Source of the DNA: Stegostoma tigrinum
Lineage: Eukaryota
Length of the DNA stretch: 64,000 bases
Direction of reading: 5' to 3'
Assembly: GCF_030684315.1 (NCBI RefSeq)
Contig: NC_081387.1
Location: 11,262,867-11,326,866 of the forward strand
Of the stretch, positions 63,788-64,000 are shown one piece after another. Both the position numbers and the translations under genes were made by a program. The notes beneath the pieces are model-generated. The model was not told the origin of the DNA. It was given only the letters and a program-made list of their open reading frames with translations, and did not search any database. The first letter of the stretch is position 1. Every line of letters starts with the position of its first letter.

Positions 63788-64000
63788 ACAAGAGTTGGGT
63801 ACTTGTTTTTGACTGGAGTGGACCCGATGGACCGAATGGTCTTTTAGTGTTATAGATTTCTATGAGTCGATGATTCTAAAGGTGACTGGAAATGTTTAAG
63901 TTAAGTCATGAGTCAGTTGTCTGGAGTATCAATAGAGTTGTTTAACCCACCGCTCTTTGGATTCAACCAGAAAAAGCCAATATCAGTGTAAATATTATTC

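Overview
Repeat-rich vertebrate genomic DNA, almost certainly from a shark or other elasmobranch (HE1-type SINEs, CR1 LINEs, Penelope-like elements, NKp30-type receptor), with three N gaps. Two paralogous NCR3/NKp30-like immunoglobulin-receptor genes lie on the + strand. Copy 1 (1-3.6 kb) shows only its TM and cytoplasmic exons. Copy 2 (50058-56635) can be modelled completely as 8 exons, about 236 aa: signal peptide, germline-joined VJ-type Ig domain, Ser/Thr stalk, TM and four tail exons. Between them on the - strand is a tandem array of three two-exon GPR139/GPR142-like class A GPCR genes, one pseudogene and two intact. Neither NCR3-like copy has the TM arginine of mammalian NKp30; both have tyrosine-motif tails that differ. 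Copy 1 has a TM Glu and a YxxM motif. Copy 2 has NPxY and YxxI motifs, plus a perfect ITIM (VVYATV) in frame just behind a TAG. The copies are 100% identical up to the start of the TM exon and clearly divergent afterwards, a paired-receptor signature. The window also has a young Penelope-like (RT + GIY-YIG) retroelement family with minimal hammerhead-ribozyme motifs. It forms inverted-repeat and palindromic insertions with 13-15 bp target-site duplications, twice inside other hammerhead-bearing elements. Gene models were built by eye from splice signals and paralog comparison, and repeat boundaries are approximate.
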